From assembly GCA_043800555.1 (NCBI GenBank), contig JAZDMX010000003.1, positions 97,947 through 161,946 of the forward strand: a stretch of DNA of 64,000 nucleotides, in the 5' to 3' direction. The notes beneath the pieces were generated by a model, which was not told the DNA's origin, searched no databases, and worked only from the letters and a program-made list of their open reading frames with translations. Of the stretch, positions 49,093-58,952 are shown one piece after another (positions within the stretch are counted from its first letter, which is position 1; the number at the start of each line of letters is the position of its first letter). The position numbers and the translations under genes are program-made. This stretch comes from Candidatus Omnitrophota bacterium. Lineage in GTDB: Bacteria; Omnitrophota; Gorgyraeia; Gygaellales; Profunditerraquicolaceae.

Positions 49093-49797
49093 ATGATAGA
49101 TACCGATGTTTTTATTCTTTGCGGAGGGAGGGGAAAAAGGTTAAGAGGTATTTCCGGGCCTAAACCAAAATCGATGATGCTGATTAATAAAAGACCGCTT
49201 CTTGATTTATTGATTGATTGTTTTGCGAAGTTTGGGTTCAAGCGTATTATTTTAGGGCTGGGTTATAAAGCAAATTATATAAAGGATTACTACCGGGATA
49301 ATTTACCCAAAGGTATAGAAATTTGTTTTTCCACAGAGGCTAAGCCCCTGGGGACCGGGGGGGCGTTAAAAAAAGCAGGAAAACTTATAAAAAGCGGTAA
49401 TTTCTTTGTTTTAAACGGAGATTCTTTGTCTAAATTTAACCCCTTAAAGATGTTGAGATACCACGATAAGAAGAATGCGCAAGTTACTGTTTTATTAAAG
49501 AAAATGGATAAGGCAAGCCAATACGGCCGGGTGGAGCTGGATAGAAATCGGCGGATTGTAAGTTATGATGAAAAGATAAAAAGAAGCGGTAGATGCTTCA
49601 TAAATGCGGGAGTATATATATTTAATAAGAAAATATTGGATTTAATGCCGGCTAAGAAGGGGTTTTCCTTGGAGTATGATTTTTTCCCTTCAATATTAGG
49701 CGAGGGAGTATTTGGCTTCAAGTATTCGGGTTCGTTTATTGATATCGGCACTCCCGATAGGTATAGAAAGGCGCAAAGGTCATGGCGGGTCAGCTAG
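49093..49797 (+). CDS. Sugar-1-phosphate nucleotidyltransferase (HddC/GMP-like)
   Basis: VFILCGGRGKRLRGISGPKPKSM is the G-x-G-x-R-L pyrophosphorylase motif. 234 aa. Directly follows the GHMP kinase. Confidence 0.75.
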   Translation: MIDTDVFILCGGRGKRLRGISGPKPKSMMLINKRPLLDLLIDCFAKFGFKRIILGLGYKANYIKDYYRDNLPKGIEICFSTEAKPLGTGGALKKAGKLIKSGNFFVLNGDSLSKFNPLKMLRYHDKKNAQVTVLLKKMDKASQYGRVELDRNRRIVSYDEKIKRSGRCFINAGVYIFNKKILDLMPAKKGFSLEYDFFPSILGEGVFGFKYSGSFIDIGTPDRYRKAQRSWRVS

Positions 49798-50903
49798 TAA
49801 GCATAATAATACCCACAATGAACCGTTCTGACTTTCTGATCAGGGCATTGAATTATTATAGGTCAGTTGGTTTTAAGGGCTATATCTGTATAGGCGATTC
49901 CAGTTATGGCGAGCATTCCCGGATTATAACCGATTTTATTAAAGAGATAGGGAGCGATTTAAATATAATTTATAAATATTACAGTAACCCGCCTTATTAT
50001 AATGACGCTATTTGCGTTAAAGATCTCCTGGAACTTGTAGTCACCCCGTATGCCGTGGAGAGCGGGGATGATGATTTTCTTGTCCCCTCGGCTTTAGAAA
50101 AGTGCGCAAGTTTTCTGCAGGAAAACCCTGATTACGGCTCGGCCCATGGTTTAAGGGTGGCGCTCAGGTTGGAAGGGGATAGCGTTTATGGCAAGGCAGT
50201 CCAGGCCCATAACTGCCATCAGCTTGCTTTAAGTTCGCCCCGGGCATGCGATCGATGGTCTGCCTATATGAGGCATCCGGTTTCTAATTTATATTCAGTC
50301 CATAGGATTGGGGCCTTGCGTAATATTTATAAGCATCCGGCTTCGTTGAATATGCGTTATATCGGAACCGAGATAACTACGGTAGGATTGTCCGTTATTT
50401 GCGGGAAGGTAAAAGAAATCGATTGCCTCTCTACCGTGTTTCAGGTTAACCGGAATAATTCTCTGGCGAATTATAGTTTTTATTCTTATCTTATGGATCC
50501 GGGTTGGTCTGAGGGGGCAGGAAACCTCAAGAGGATAATTACTGCCGCTTTGAAAGATGCCGATGGAATCAGCCAGCAAAAGGCGCAAGAGATATTCGAC
50601 CGTGAATTCTGGAGGTTTATCTTAAACAGCTTGCATTGGGATTACAAAACTAGGTATAAAGACCTGCCTTACGAGAACCCTTTTATCAAGGCAGCTAAAA
50701 AATGCTTGAGCAAGATCCCGGGTTTTATTCGTATGGCAAACTACCTGATCGGGAAGGTTTTAAGCCATAAAAATAAAAATAATCTGGGCTCGGTCAAGAG
50801 CCTTTCTTTGGGCGAGTTGTTAAATGCAAGGTCGGAAATATCCAGGGATTTTCTTAAGGTTTATAGTATTATCCAGGGTAAATTCCGTCCGGGGGTAAAA
50901 TAA
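49782..50903 (+). CDS. Glycosyltransferase family 2-like protein
   Basis: VSIIIPTMNRSDFL is the GT2 N-terminal motif. A D-x-D-like GDDDF is present. 373 aa. Confidence 0.5.
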   Translation: MAGQLVSIIIPTMNRSDFLIRALNYYRSVGFKGYICIGDSSYGEHSRIITDFIKEIGSDLNIIYKYYSNPPYYNDAICVKDLLELVVTPYAVESGDDDFLVPSALEKCASFLQENPDYGSAHGLRVALRLEGDSVYGKAVQAHNCHQLALSSPRACDRWSAYMRHPVSNLYSVHRIGALRNIYKHPASLNMRYIGTEITTVGLSVICGKVKEIDCLSTVFQVNRNNSLANYSFYSYLMDPGWSEGAGNLKRIITAALKDADGISQQKAQEIFDREFWRFILNSLHWDYKTRYKDLPYENPFIKAAKKCLSKIPGFIRMANYLIGKVLSHKNKNNLGSVKSLSLGELLNARSEISRDFLKVYSIIQGKFRPGVK

Positions 50904-52072
50904 TGCGCTTTCTGATCGTAGATGCCGTGTATCCGTCGTTTCTTAAAAACTTTTACAGCCGTTTCCCCGGCTATGGAGAACTAAGCTACCGGGACGGCCA
51001 AAGCCTTTTAATGAATGAATGCGTAGGCATAGCAGACGGTTATTCTGCGGGCCTAAAGGAGCTTGGCCACCAAGCCGAAGAAGTAATTATTAATGATCAA
51101 CTGTTGCAGATGCGTTGGGCCCTGGAAAACGGGTTGCCGGTTAGGGGCAGAAGGAGCCTTCTTAACAGCGTAAAAGATTTGCTTAAAAAAGGCTTGGGCA
51201 GGAATATTTATGGTTCGCTTAAGCAGTTTGCTCCGGATCGCCTTAAGGCTTCCGCGGCAGACCCCTGGATGCTTAAAGTCCTTTTCGGGCAGGTCAAGAA
51301 ATACCGCCCCGATGTTTTGTTGATCCATACGGTAAAAGAAGTAAATGAGGGCTTTCTTAAGTTGCTCAGGCCTTATGTAAAATTAATAATAGGCCAGCAC
51401 GCCAGCCCCTTGGTTCCCGGGATGGACTTTGGCCCGTATGATTTAATGCTTTCCTCATTGCCGAATTATGTGGAATTATTCCGCCGGGAGGGCAAAAGAA
51501 GCCAGTACTTCCGGCTGGGCTTTAATGATAAAGTTTTAGGTAGCTTGCGGCATCTTCCCGGCGCTCCTTTTGTCGTGCATATAGGAGGATACGGAGAGGC
51601 CCATAACGAGCGTAATAATTTCCTTGAGAAAGTAGCTAAAGGCACCCGGGTTGATTTTTGGGGTTTTGGCACTGAAAACTTAGATAAGAAATCCGCAATC
51701 TTGGGTAGTTATCATGGCCAGGCCTGGGGCTTAGAGAGGTTGAACATCTTTTATAGCGCTAAAATCGTCCTGACCAAGCATGCTTACTTTGCCGGTAATT
51801 TTGCCAATAACATGACTTTGTATGAAGCTACCGGTTCAGGGGCTTTATTGATTGCCGATAACAAGGATAATATTAATGATTTGTTTGAGGTTGGCAAAGA
51901 AATTGCGGTTTATAATAATCCGCAAGAGTGTCTGGAGTTGATTAAATACTATCTTAGCCATGAAGAAGAGCGGGCGGCTATCGCTTTAGCCGGGCAAAAA
52001 CGCACGCTTAAAGAACATACTTATGGCCGGCGCATGAAAGAGCTTCTGGGTATCGTAAATAAATATATCTGA
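50903..52072 (+). CDS. CgeB-family (DUF3880 + GT1-like) glycosyltransferase
   Basis: The C-terminal LYEATGSGALLIADNKDNINDLFEVGKEIAVYNNPQECLELIKYYLSHEEERAAIALAG resembles the CgeB/Glyco_trans_1_2 family. Confidence 0.45.
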   Translation: MRFLIVDAVYPSFLKNFYSRFPGYGELSYRDGQSLLMNECVGIADGYSAGLKELGHQAEEVIINDQLLQMRWALENGLPVRGRRSLLNSVKDLLKKGLGRNIYGSLKQFAPDRLKASAADPWMLKVLFGQVKKYRPDVLLIHTVKEVNEGFLKLLRPYVKLIIGQHASPLVPGMDFGPYDLMLSSLPNYVELFRREGKRSQYFRLGFNDKVLGSLRHLPGAPFVVHIGGYGEAHNERNNFLEKVAKGTRVDFWGFGTENLDKKSAILGSYHGQAWGLERLNIFYSAKIVLTKHAYFAGNFANNMTLYEATGSGALLIADNKDNINDLFEVGKEIAVYNNPQECLELIKYYLSHEEERAAIALAGQKRTLKEHTYGRRMKELLGIVNKYI

Positions 52073-52080
52073 TATTATTT

Positions 52081-53337
52081 ATGGCCATTCAAGGCAGGGA
52101 GAAAGCAGGTTTATTGAATATGAAAAAATGTTTAATTTGCGGGGCATCCATTGAGGAATTTATGTCATTCGGCAAAATGCCGATCGCTAACGGATTCCTC
52201 TCCCCGGGACAATTTAAAGACGAGTATTTCTTTGAGCTTAAAACCGCATTTTGCCAAAATTGCGGGATGTTCCAGCTCTTAGAGCAACCGTTAAAGGAGA
52301 TGATGTTTAATGAAAATTACGCGTTCTTTTCCGGGACCTCTAAGAGGATGGCCTTACATTTTAAAGAGTTTGCGGATGAGGTATTAGATAAATATATTAA
52401 GGCAAAGGATCCTTTTGTGGTGGAAATCGGCAGCAATGACGGCATCCTGCTGCAGAATTTCTCCGCCAAGAATATCCGTCATTTGGGCATTGAGCCTTCA
52501 GCAAACGTTGCTCAAGCTGCTTCGGCCAAAGGGATAAATACTGTTTCGGAGTTTTTTGATGAAAAATTGGCGCGTAAAGTTTGCCAGGAGCATGGGCAGG
52601 CAGATGTCATCCTGGCGGCAAATTGCATGTGTCATATCCCTTATCTGCATTCAGTTGTTGAAGGGATGAAGCTTTTGCTTAAGCCGGGAGGCCGCGTCAT
52701 CTTCGAAGACCCTTACCTGGCAGATGTCCTGGAAAAGACTTCTTATGACCAGATATACGACGAGCACGTTTTTCTTTTTTCACTGGCTTCTGTTAAATAT
52801 CTTTTTAATGAACATTCGATGGAGCTGGCGGATGTTAAGCCGCAGGAAACGCACGGAGGTTCAATGCGTTATTATATAGCGCATAAAGGTACGCATAGCC
52901 CGGGTAAAAGCGTACAGGAGCAGTTAAAGAAAGAAGGGGATCTGGGGCTTTCTGAGCCGGAAACTTTTGAGGCCTTCCGCCGGAATTGCGAGAGGTCAAA
53001 AAAAGAGTTAATCTCTGTATTAAACGATATTAAAAGAGAGGGCAAGAGGGTAGTGGGTTATGCCGCTACTTCTAAAAGTACAACTGTCATTAACTATTGC
53101 GGCATAGGCCCGGATTTGATTGAGTTTATCTGCGATACTACTCCGATTAAACAGGGTAAATTCAGCCCCGGCAAGCATATCCCTATAAAACCCTATGAAG
53201 AATTTGTAAAATCTTACCCGGAGTACGCTTTATTATTCGGATGGAATCACGCTAAAGAGATAATGGCTAAGGAAGAGGATTTTGCCAGCCAGGGCGGAAA
53301 ATGGATAGTTTATGTGCCAAAAGTGGGGATAAACTAA
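52081..53337 (+). CDS. SAM-dependent NDP-hexose C-methyltransferase (TylCIII/EvaC-like) with an N-terminal zinc ribbon
   Basis: N-terminal CxxC...CxxC (CLICG...CQNCG) zinc ribbon, a class I methyltransferase core (VVEIGSNDG), and the C-methyltransferase C-terminal domain architecture. Confidence 0.7.
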   Translation: MAIQGREKAGLLNMKKCLICGASIEEFMSFGKMPIANGFLSPGQFKDEYFFELKTAFCQNCGMFQLLEQPLKEMMFNENYAFFSGTSKRMALHFKEFADEVLDKYIKAKDPFVVEIGSNDGILLQNFSAKNIRHLGIEPSANVAQAASAKGINTVSEFFDEKLARKVCQEHGQADVILAANCMCHIPYLHSVVEGMKLLLKPGGRVIFEDPYLADVLEKTSYDQIYDEHVFLFSLASVKYLFNEHSMELADVKPQETHGGSMRYYIAHKGTHSPGKSVQEQLKKEGDLGLSEPETFEAFRRNCERSKKELISVLNDIKREGKRVVGYAATSKSTTVINYCGIGPDLIEFICDTTPIKQGKFSPGKHIPIKPYEEFVKSYPEYALLFGWNHAKEIMAKEEDFASQGGKWIVYVPKVGIN

Positions 53338-53338
53338 T

Positions 53339-54451
53339 ATGATTATTTGTGCTGATCCTTTGGCCGGTTATCTTGCGCATAGGAAGCAGATTGATTCTGC
53401 CGTTGGTTCTGTTTTGGCCAGCGGCAGGTATATATTAGGTGAACAGGTCAAGGCGTTTGAGACGGAGTTTGCCGGATACATTGGCGTTAAATATGCGGTC
53501 TCCGTTGGCAACGGCACGGATGCTTTAAGGATCGCGCTTTGCTCCTGCGGGATCAAGCGGGGTGATGAGGTGATAACTGTTTCGCATACCGCTGTTGCTA
53601 CCGTAGCTGCTATTGAGTTGGCAGGGGGAGTGCCTGTATTGGTTGATATCGACCCCTTTACTATGACCCTGGATCCTTCCAAGCTGGAAAAGATGGTTAC
53701 GAAACGCACCAAAGCCGTAATTGTCGTTCATCTTTATGGCTGTTGCGCTGATTTGTCTCCTATAATCAAGATAGCAAAGCGCTATGGACTTAGGGTTATT
53801 GAAGACTGCGCGCAGGCGCACGGCGCTTTTTATAAAGGAAGAAGGGCGGGTTCTTGGGGCGATTTATCCTGTTTTAGTTTTTATCCTACCAAAAACCTGG
53901 GGGCAATTGGCGATGGCGGAATGATCCTGACTGACAGGCTTGAGCTGGCTGAGAAAGCCGCGCTCTTGAGGGAATACGGCTGGGAAAAAAGATACGAGAG
54001 CTTGGTCCCCGGGGGTAATTCAAGGCTGGATGAATTGCAGGCTGCGATCTTAAGGGTAAAGCTCAAATACCTGGATTCAGAGAATAAGAAACGCTTAGCT
54101 TTATCCGGACTCTACAATAAGAAGCTTAAAAAAGAAGGGTGGTTGGTTTTGCCGGAATACCGGGTAGACCTAAGCCATGTTTACCATCTTTTTGTGGTCC
54201 GTTGCCGCCTTAGAGATAGGCTCCAGGGATACTTAAAGAAGAATAATATCTTCTCCCTGGTCCATTATCCTGTTCCCGTACACCTGCAAAAAGCGTATTT
54301 TGGCAGGCTCAGGGGCAAAGATGACCTTAAAGAGACGGAGAATGCCGCAAAGAGCGTTTTGTCATTGCCTATTTATCCGCAGATGTCCAAATACGATTTG
54401 GAGGAGGTAGCTGCGGCTGTACACAGCTTCAAGGGAGGGCGTTATGATTAA
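53339..54451 (+). CDS. DegT/DnrJ/EryC1/StrS-family NDP-sugar aminotransferase
   Basis: Canonical family layout: DEVITVSHT, VIEDCAQAHGA, and SFYPTKNLGAIGDGG with the PLP-Lys. Confidence 0.85.
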   Translation: MIICADPLAGYLAHRKQIDSAVGSVLASGRYILGEQVKAFETEFAGYIGVKYAVSVGNGTDALRIALCSCGIKRGDEVITVSHTAVATVAAIELAGGVPVLVDIDPFTMTLDPSKLEKMVTKRTKAVIVVHLYGCCADLSPIIKIAKRYGLRVIEDCAQAHGAFYKGRRAGSWGDLSCFSFYPTKNLGAIGDGGMILTDRLELAEKAALLREYGWEKRYESLVPGGNSRLDELQAAILRVKLKYLDSENKKRLALSGLYNKKLKKEGWLVLPEYRVDLSHVYHLFVVRCRLRDRLQGYLKKNNIFSLVHYPVPVHLQKAYFGRLRGKDDLKETENAAKSVLSLPIYPQMSKYDLEEVAAAVHSFKGGRYD

Positions 54452-54902
54452 AGGCGTAATATTGAAGAAACTGGTTACCCATTGCGATGAGCGCGGTTTT
54501 TTCAGGGAGCTGATCAGGAAGAATGACGGGTTCTTTAAAGAAGGTTTCGGGCAATGGTCGCATTCTTTGATGTATCCGGGCGTGATAAAGGCATGGCATA
54601 TTCATAAGAGGCAAACCGATTGGCTCTACGTTGCCTCCGGGGTGATAAAAGCCGTTCTTTATGACAACCGTAGCTCCTCTGCGACTTTCAAGAGGATAAC
54701 GGAGGTTTTTATGGGGGATGGCCAACCTGCCGGGGTATTAAGAGTGCCTATAGGCGTGGCGCACGGTTGTAAATGTATCTGCGGGCCGGCGAATTTATTT
54801 TATATTACTTCTAAGGTTTATGACCCTAGAGATGAAGGCAGGATCGCTTTTGATGATGCAAGGATTGGATACGATTGGTTGTCCGGCCCGGAGATTAAAT
54901 AG
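54444..54902 (+). CDS. WxcM/FdtA-like cupin (NDP-4-keto-6-deoxyhexose 3,4-ketoisomerase-like)
   Basis: 152 aa. WHIHKRQTDWLYVASGVIKAVLYD resembles the FdtA/QdtA HAHK..dq....G.....l.D core. An 8-nt overlap with the aminotransferase. Confidence 0.55.
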   Translation: MIKGVILKKLVTHCDERGFFRELIRKNDGFFKEGFGQWSHSLMYPGVIKAWHIHKRQTDWLYVASGVIKAVLYDNRSSSATFKRITEVFMGDGQPAGVLRVPIGVAHGCKCICGPANLFYITSKVYDPRDEGRIAFDDARIGYDWLSGPEIK

Positions 54903-54904
54903 GC

Positions 54905-56008
54905 ATGGATTTTAAGTATACCATTATAGGGGCCGGAGTCGTTGGCTTGGCTATATCCAGGGCCCTTTCTCTGAAGGCGGGAAAAGGAAATTCAGTTTTG
55001 TTACTGGAGAAAGATAAAACTTTCGGAAGCGGCATAAGCAGCCGCAACAGCGAAGTCATCCATTCAGGCGTTTATTATCTTAACGCAAGCTTAAAGCATA
55101 AGCTTTGTTTAAAGGGCAGGAGGATGCTTTATGATTATTGCAGGGATAAAAGCATCCCGTTCTTAAAATGCGGTAAGCTTATAATCGCTACCGATGCAGA
55201 TGAAGAGCCGGAGTTGGAAAAGATATTTATTCAATCGCAGGTAAACGGGGTAGAAAATGTCGTTAGGCTATCCAGGGCTCAGGCGTTGCGGCGAGAGCCG
55301 GATATAAATGTGCACGCCGCTTTGCTATCGAGTGAAACCGGGATAATTGATTCCCATAGGTTAATGCGATCGTTAGCGGATGAGGCCGTTGATAATGGGG
55401 CAATCTTGGCCTATAACTCGCAAGTAGTTTCAATACGGCCAGAAAAGAACAGATACCGCCTCAGGCTTCAAGACGGCACATTATTCTCCTCGGAGTTTAT
55501 AATAAATTCTGCAGGTCTCTGTTCTGTCGATATAGCTAAATTATTAAGCATCCCGGTGCCTAAGATGTTTCCCTGCAAAGGCGACTATTTTTATTATAGC
55601 GGTGAGCATAAGCTTAGGCATTTGGTTTATCCTATTCCTAATAAGGAACTGACCGGTTTAGGCGTCCATGCTACATTTGATATGAGCGGAAAGCTGAAGT
55701 TCGGGCCAGATGCGGAGTATACTGAAAATGTCTCTGATTTTTCTGTAGATGAAAGGAAAAAGGGGCAATTCTGTAAATCCGCCTCCAAGCTGTTAAGGAA
55801 TATCGATTTGAACAAGATTATCCCGGATATGTCCGGGATAAGGCCAAAGATACAAGGTCCGGAAGATAGAATAAAAGACTTTTATATTAGGGAAGAATCC
55901 GGAGCCGGATTTAAGAAATTTATAAACCTGATCGGGATTGAATCTCCGGGATTGACCAGTTCTCTTGCGCTAGGGCAATATGTAAGCAAGTTAGCCGGGC
56001 TTAATTAG
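54905..56008 (+). CDS. FAD-dependent oxidoreductase (DAO / L-2-hydroxyglutarate oxidase-like)
   Basis: YTIIGAGVVGLAISRAL dinucleotide-binding motif in the DAO-family layout. 367 aa. Confidence 0.7.
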   Translation: MDFKYTIIGAGVVGLAISRALSLKAGKGNSVLLLEKDKTFGSGISSRNSEVIHSGVYYLNASLKHKLCLKGRRMLYDYCRDKSIPFLKCGKLIIATDADEEPELEKIFIQSQVNGVENVVRLSRAQALRREPDINVHAALLSSETGIIDSHRLMRSLADEAVDNGAILAYNSQVVSIRPEKNRYRLRLQDGTLFSSEFIINSAGLCSVDIAKLLSIPVPKMFPCKGDYFYYSGEHKLRHLVYPIPNKELTGLGVHATFDMSGKLKFGPDAEYTENVSDFSVDERKKGQFCKSASKLLRNIDLNKIIPDMSGIRPKIQGPEDRIKDFYIREESGAGFKKFINLIGIESPGLTSSLALGQYVSKLAGLN

Positions 56009-56009
56009 A

Positions 56010-57038
56010 ATGAATAATTCGGTTGTTAATAATAAAGTGATTCTTGTCGCCGGAGGCGCAGGTTATATAGCGTCAAATCTTGTAAATGCGATTAAGGATT
56101 GCAGTTGCACGATTTTAAGATTAGACAGGCCGGGGGTTAATTTTCCGCCGGTTGCAGGTAAAGCTATAATAAAAGATATCGCCAGAGATATCCGGGCTGA
56201 TAACGCCTGGGCCGGCCTTCTTGAAGGAGTAGATATTATATTCTATCTGGCAGGGCAAACGAGCGTTTATTCCGCAAATAACGATCCGAAGGCGGATTTA
56301 GAGCTGAATGTAATTCCCTTAATTAATCTCTTAGAAGCTTGCCGGAAACATAATTTCAAACCCTGTATTTTGTTTTCCAGCACCGTGACAATATCCGGGG
56401 TTACCGAAAAGATCCCGGTAAACGAATCATTTCCCGATAATCCTGTTACTATATATGATTTGCATAAATCAGTGGCTGAAAACTACATAAAATATTACAT
56501 AAAACAGGGGGTTTTAAGTGGCGTTATTCTGCGTTTGGCTAATGTCTATGGCCCGGGCCCGAAAAATAGCAGTTCTGACCGGGGGATCCTTAATCTAATG
56601 GTTCGCAAGGCCCTGAATTCCGAAGGATTAACGATTTACGGTGACGGTAACTATTTGAGGGATTATATTTTTGTGGATGACGTAATTGCGGCCTTTATTA
56701 ATGGTTACGCTAATATGGATAAATGCAACGGCAGGCATTTTGTTATCGGCAGCGGCAAGGGTTTCCGGATAGCCGATATGGTAAACCTGGTAGCTGAAAG
56801 GGCCAGGGCCAAAACAGGCAGGGGCGTGAATGTTGAACATATAGCCCCTCCGGAAGGATTGTCTGGCATCGAATTCCGTAATTTCGTTGCAGATACAACT
56901 AATTTCAAGCAGGCAACCGGTTGGCTTCCTAAGGTTTGTTTAGCGCAAGGCCTAGATTTAACAATAGGCTATTATTTAAATGCGGACAATGAAACAGGGA
57001 AGATAAATGCCCCAGAAACAGACGAGCCTGAAAAATAA
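56010..57038 (+). CDS. NAD-dependent epimerase/dehydratase (extended SDR)
   Basis: ILVAGGAGYIASNL, and a YxxxK motif (YDLHK). Confidence 0.65.
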   Translation: MNNSVVNNKVILVAGGAGYIASNLVNAIKDCSCTILRLDRPGVNFPPVAGKAIIKDIARDIRADNAWAGLLEGVDIIFYLAGQTSVYSANNDPKADLELNVIPLINLLEACRKHNFKPCILFSSTVTISGVTEKIPVNESFPDNPVTIYDLHKSVAENYIKYYIKQGVLSGVILRLANVYGPGPKNSSSDRGILNLMVRKALNSEGLTIYGDGNYLRDYIFVDDVIAAFINGYANMDKCNGRHFVIGSGKGFRIADMVNLVAERARAKTGRGVNVEHIAPPEGLSGIEFRNFVADTTNFKQATGWLPKVCLAQGLDLTIGYYLNADNETGKINAPETDEPEK

Positions 57039-57999
57039 AAAGGTGCTTATTACCGGGGGATTAGGTTTTATAGGCAGCAACCTGGCCCATAAATGCCTCC
57101 AGCTCGGCGCATCTGTCACTATCTACGATTGCCTGGACCAAAAGTCGGGGGGCAATATTTATAACATCGAGGACATAAAGAAGGATGTCGCGTTGATTAA
57201 TGATGATATCCGTAATTTCCAGGCCTTGTCTTTATCGTTAGCGAAAAAGGAGATTGTTTTTAACTGTGCTGCCTATACGTCACACCCTAATTCTATGAAA
57301 GAGCCTTTAATAGATATAGACATAAATTGCAAAGGGACCCTGAATCTTTTGGAAGCGGTTAGGAAATTTGAGCCGGAAGCAAAAATCGTGCATATAGGCA
57401 CGAGCACCCAAATAGGCAAAATGGAATTCAAGGTTATTGACGAGATGCATCCTGAATTTCCGCTGGATATCTACTCCGCGAACAAAAGCGTTTCGGAAAA
57501 ATATGTTTTGTTATATGGCAACGCCTATGCGTTGGATACTACTGTTTTGAGGCTGGCCAATAATTTCGGGCCCCGTTCTAATATCAAAAGCCCGGATTTC
57601 GGGTTTATGAATTATTTCATCGGCCTGGGCTTGCAAGGCAAAGAAATTAATGTTTTTGGCAGCGGGAGCCAATTAAGAAACGTAAATTTTGTCGATGATT
57701 CTGTCGCGGCCTTGATCCTGGCGGCGCTCAACCCTGAAAGCAAAGGCCAGGTGTTTTTCGTCGTCGGAGACAGGCAATATACGGTTTTACAGATTGCCGA
57801 AGCTATCGCCAGGAACATAGGCGGAAAAATTAAATTTGTCGGTTGGCCGGAAGAAAGAGAAGCCATAGAGATCGGGGACGCCGTGATAAGCAACAAGAAG
57901 GTTAAAAAGATGCTATCTTGGGAGGCAAAATACGGCATTGACGAAGGGCTCAAGAAAACAAAAGATTATTTTGACAGCTGTTTAAATCGGTATCTTTAG
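57007..57999 (+). CDS. NAD-dependent epimerase/dehydratase (UDP-hexose 4-epimerase-like)
   Basis: VLITGGLGFIGSNLA, and a YxxxK motif (YSANK). Confidence 0.7.
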   Translation: MPQKQTSLKNKKVLITGGLGFIGSNLAHKCLQLGASVTIYDCLDQKSGGNIYNIEDIKKDVALINDDIRNFQALSLSLAKKEIVFNCAAYTSHPNSMKEPLIDIDINCKGTLNLLEAVRKFEPEAKIVHIGTSTQIGKMEFKVIDEMHPEFPLDIYSANKSVSEKYVLLYGNAYALDTTVLRLANNFGPRSNIKSPDFGFMNYFIGLGLQGKEINVFGSGSQLRNVNFVDDSVAALILAALNPESKGQVFFVVGDRQYTVLQIAEAIARNIGGKIKFVGWPEEREAIEIGDAVISNKKVKKMLSWEAKYGIDEGLKKTKDYFDSCLNRYL

Positions 58000-58004
58000 G
58001 GACT

Positions 58005-58949
58005 ATGAAAATCGTAATTACCGGGGCTTTAGGGCATATTGGTTCGCACCTGATCCGCAGGATACCTGCGTTATTCCCTGGCGCGGAAATTGTTATGGTG
58101 GATAATTTCCTTACCCAGCGTTACGCGTCTTTATTTAACCTGCCGGAGAAAGTAAAGTATAATTTTATCGAGGCGGATATTTTAACGGCTGACCTGGAAG
58201 CCATTTTCTCCGGGGCGGAAGTTGTTATACACCTGGCGGCAATAACTAATGCGGCGGCGAGTTTTGAAAATAAAGAGCAGGTAGAGCTGGTTAACTTTTC
58301 CGGCACCGAAAGGGTCGCAAAAGCATGTTTAAGCGCTAACTCTGCTTTGGTCTTTCCTTCTACTACCAGTGTTTACGGGAGCCAGGATGAGCTGGTTGAC
58401 GAAGATTGCCCCTTAAAGGACTTGAAGCCGCAAAGCCCGTATGCCGACTCCAAACTAAGGGCAGAGCTGTTGTTAAATAAAATGGGCGATAGCCATGGCC
58501 TGCGTTTTCTAATCTGCAGGCTGGGGACGATCTTTGGTGCATCGATAGGCATGCGTTTTCACACTGCTATAAATAAATTCTGCTGGCAGGCAGTGTTTAA
58601 GGAGCCAATCAGCGTCTGGAGGACGGCGCTGCATCAATACCGGCCTTACCTTGACCTGGACGATGCTTCCAGGGCAATAAGTTTCGTCGTTAAAAACCGG
58701 TTTTATGAGCGTTCTGTATACAATATCGTTACGGTCAATAAGACGGTAGACGATATTATCCGGATTATATCGCGTTATGAGCCGGGGGTAAAAGTCGAAT
58801 TTGTCGATACCCGGATAATGAACCAGCTTTCCTACAAAGTTTCTTCCGGGCGTTTTACGGATAAGGGTTTTAAGTTTGACGGCGATATTGAATCGGGAAT
58901 TAAAGAAACAATCGGCCTGATTAAATGTTCCGCGGCATTTAAAAAATAA
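58005..58949 (+). CDS. NAD-dependent epimerase/dehydratase (extended SDR)
   Basis: IVITGALGHIGSHL, and a YxxxK motif (YADSK). Confidence 0.65.
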   Translation: MKIVITGALGHIGSHLIRRIPALFPGAEIVMVDNFLTQRYASLFNLPEKVKYNFIEADILTADLEAIFSGAEVVIHLAAITNAAASFENKEQVELVNFSGTERVAKACLSANSALVFPSTTSVYGSQDELVDEDCPLKDLKPQSPYADSKLRAELLLNKMGDSHGLRFLICRLGTIFGASIGMRFHTAINKFCWQAVFKEPISVWRTALHQYRPYLDLDDASRAISFVVKNRFYERSVYNIVTVNKTVDDIIRIISRYEPGVKVEFVDTRIMNQLSYKVSSGRFTDKGFKFDGDIESGIKETIGLIKCSAAFKK

Positions 58950-58952
58950 AGG

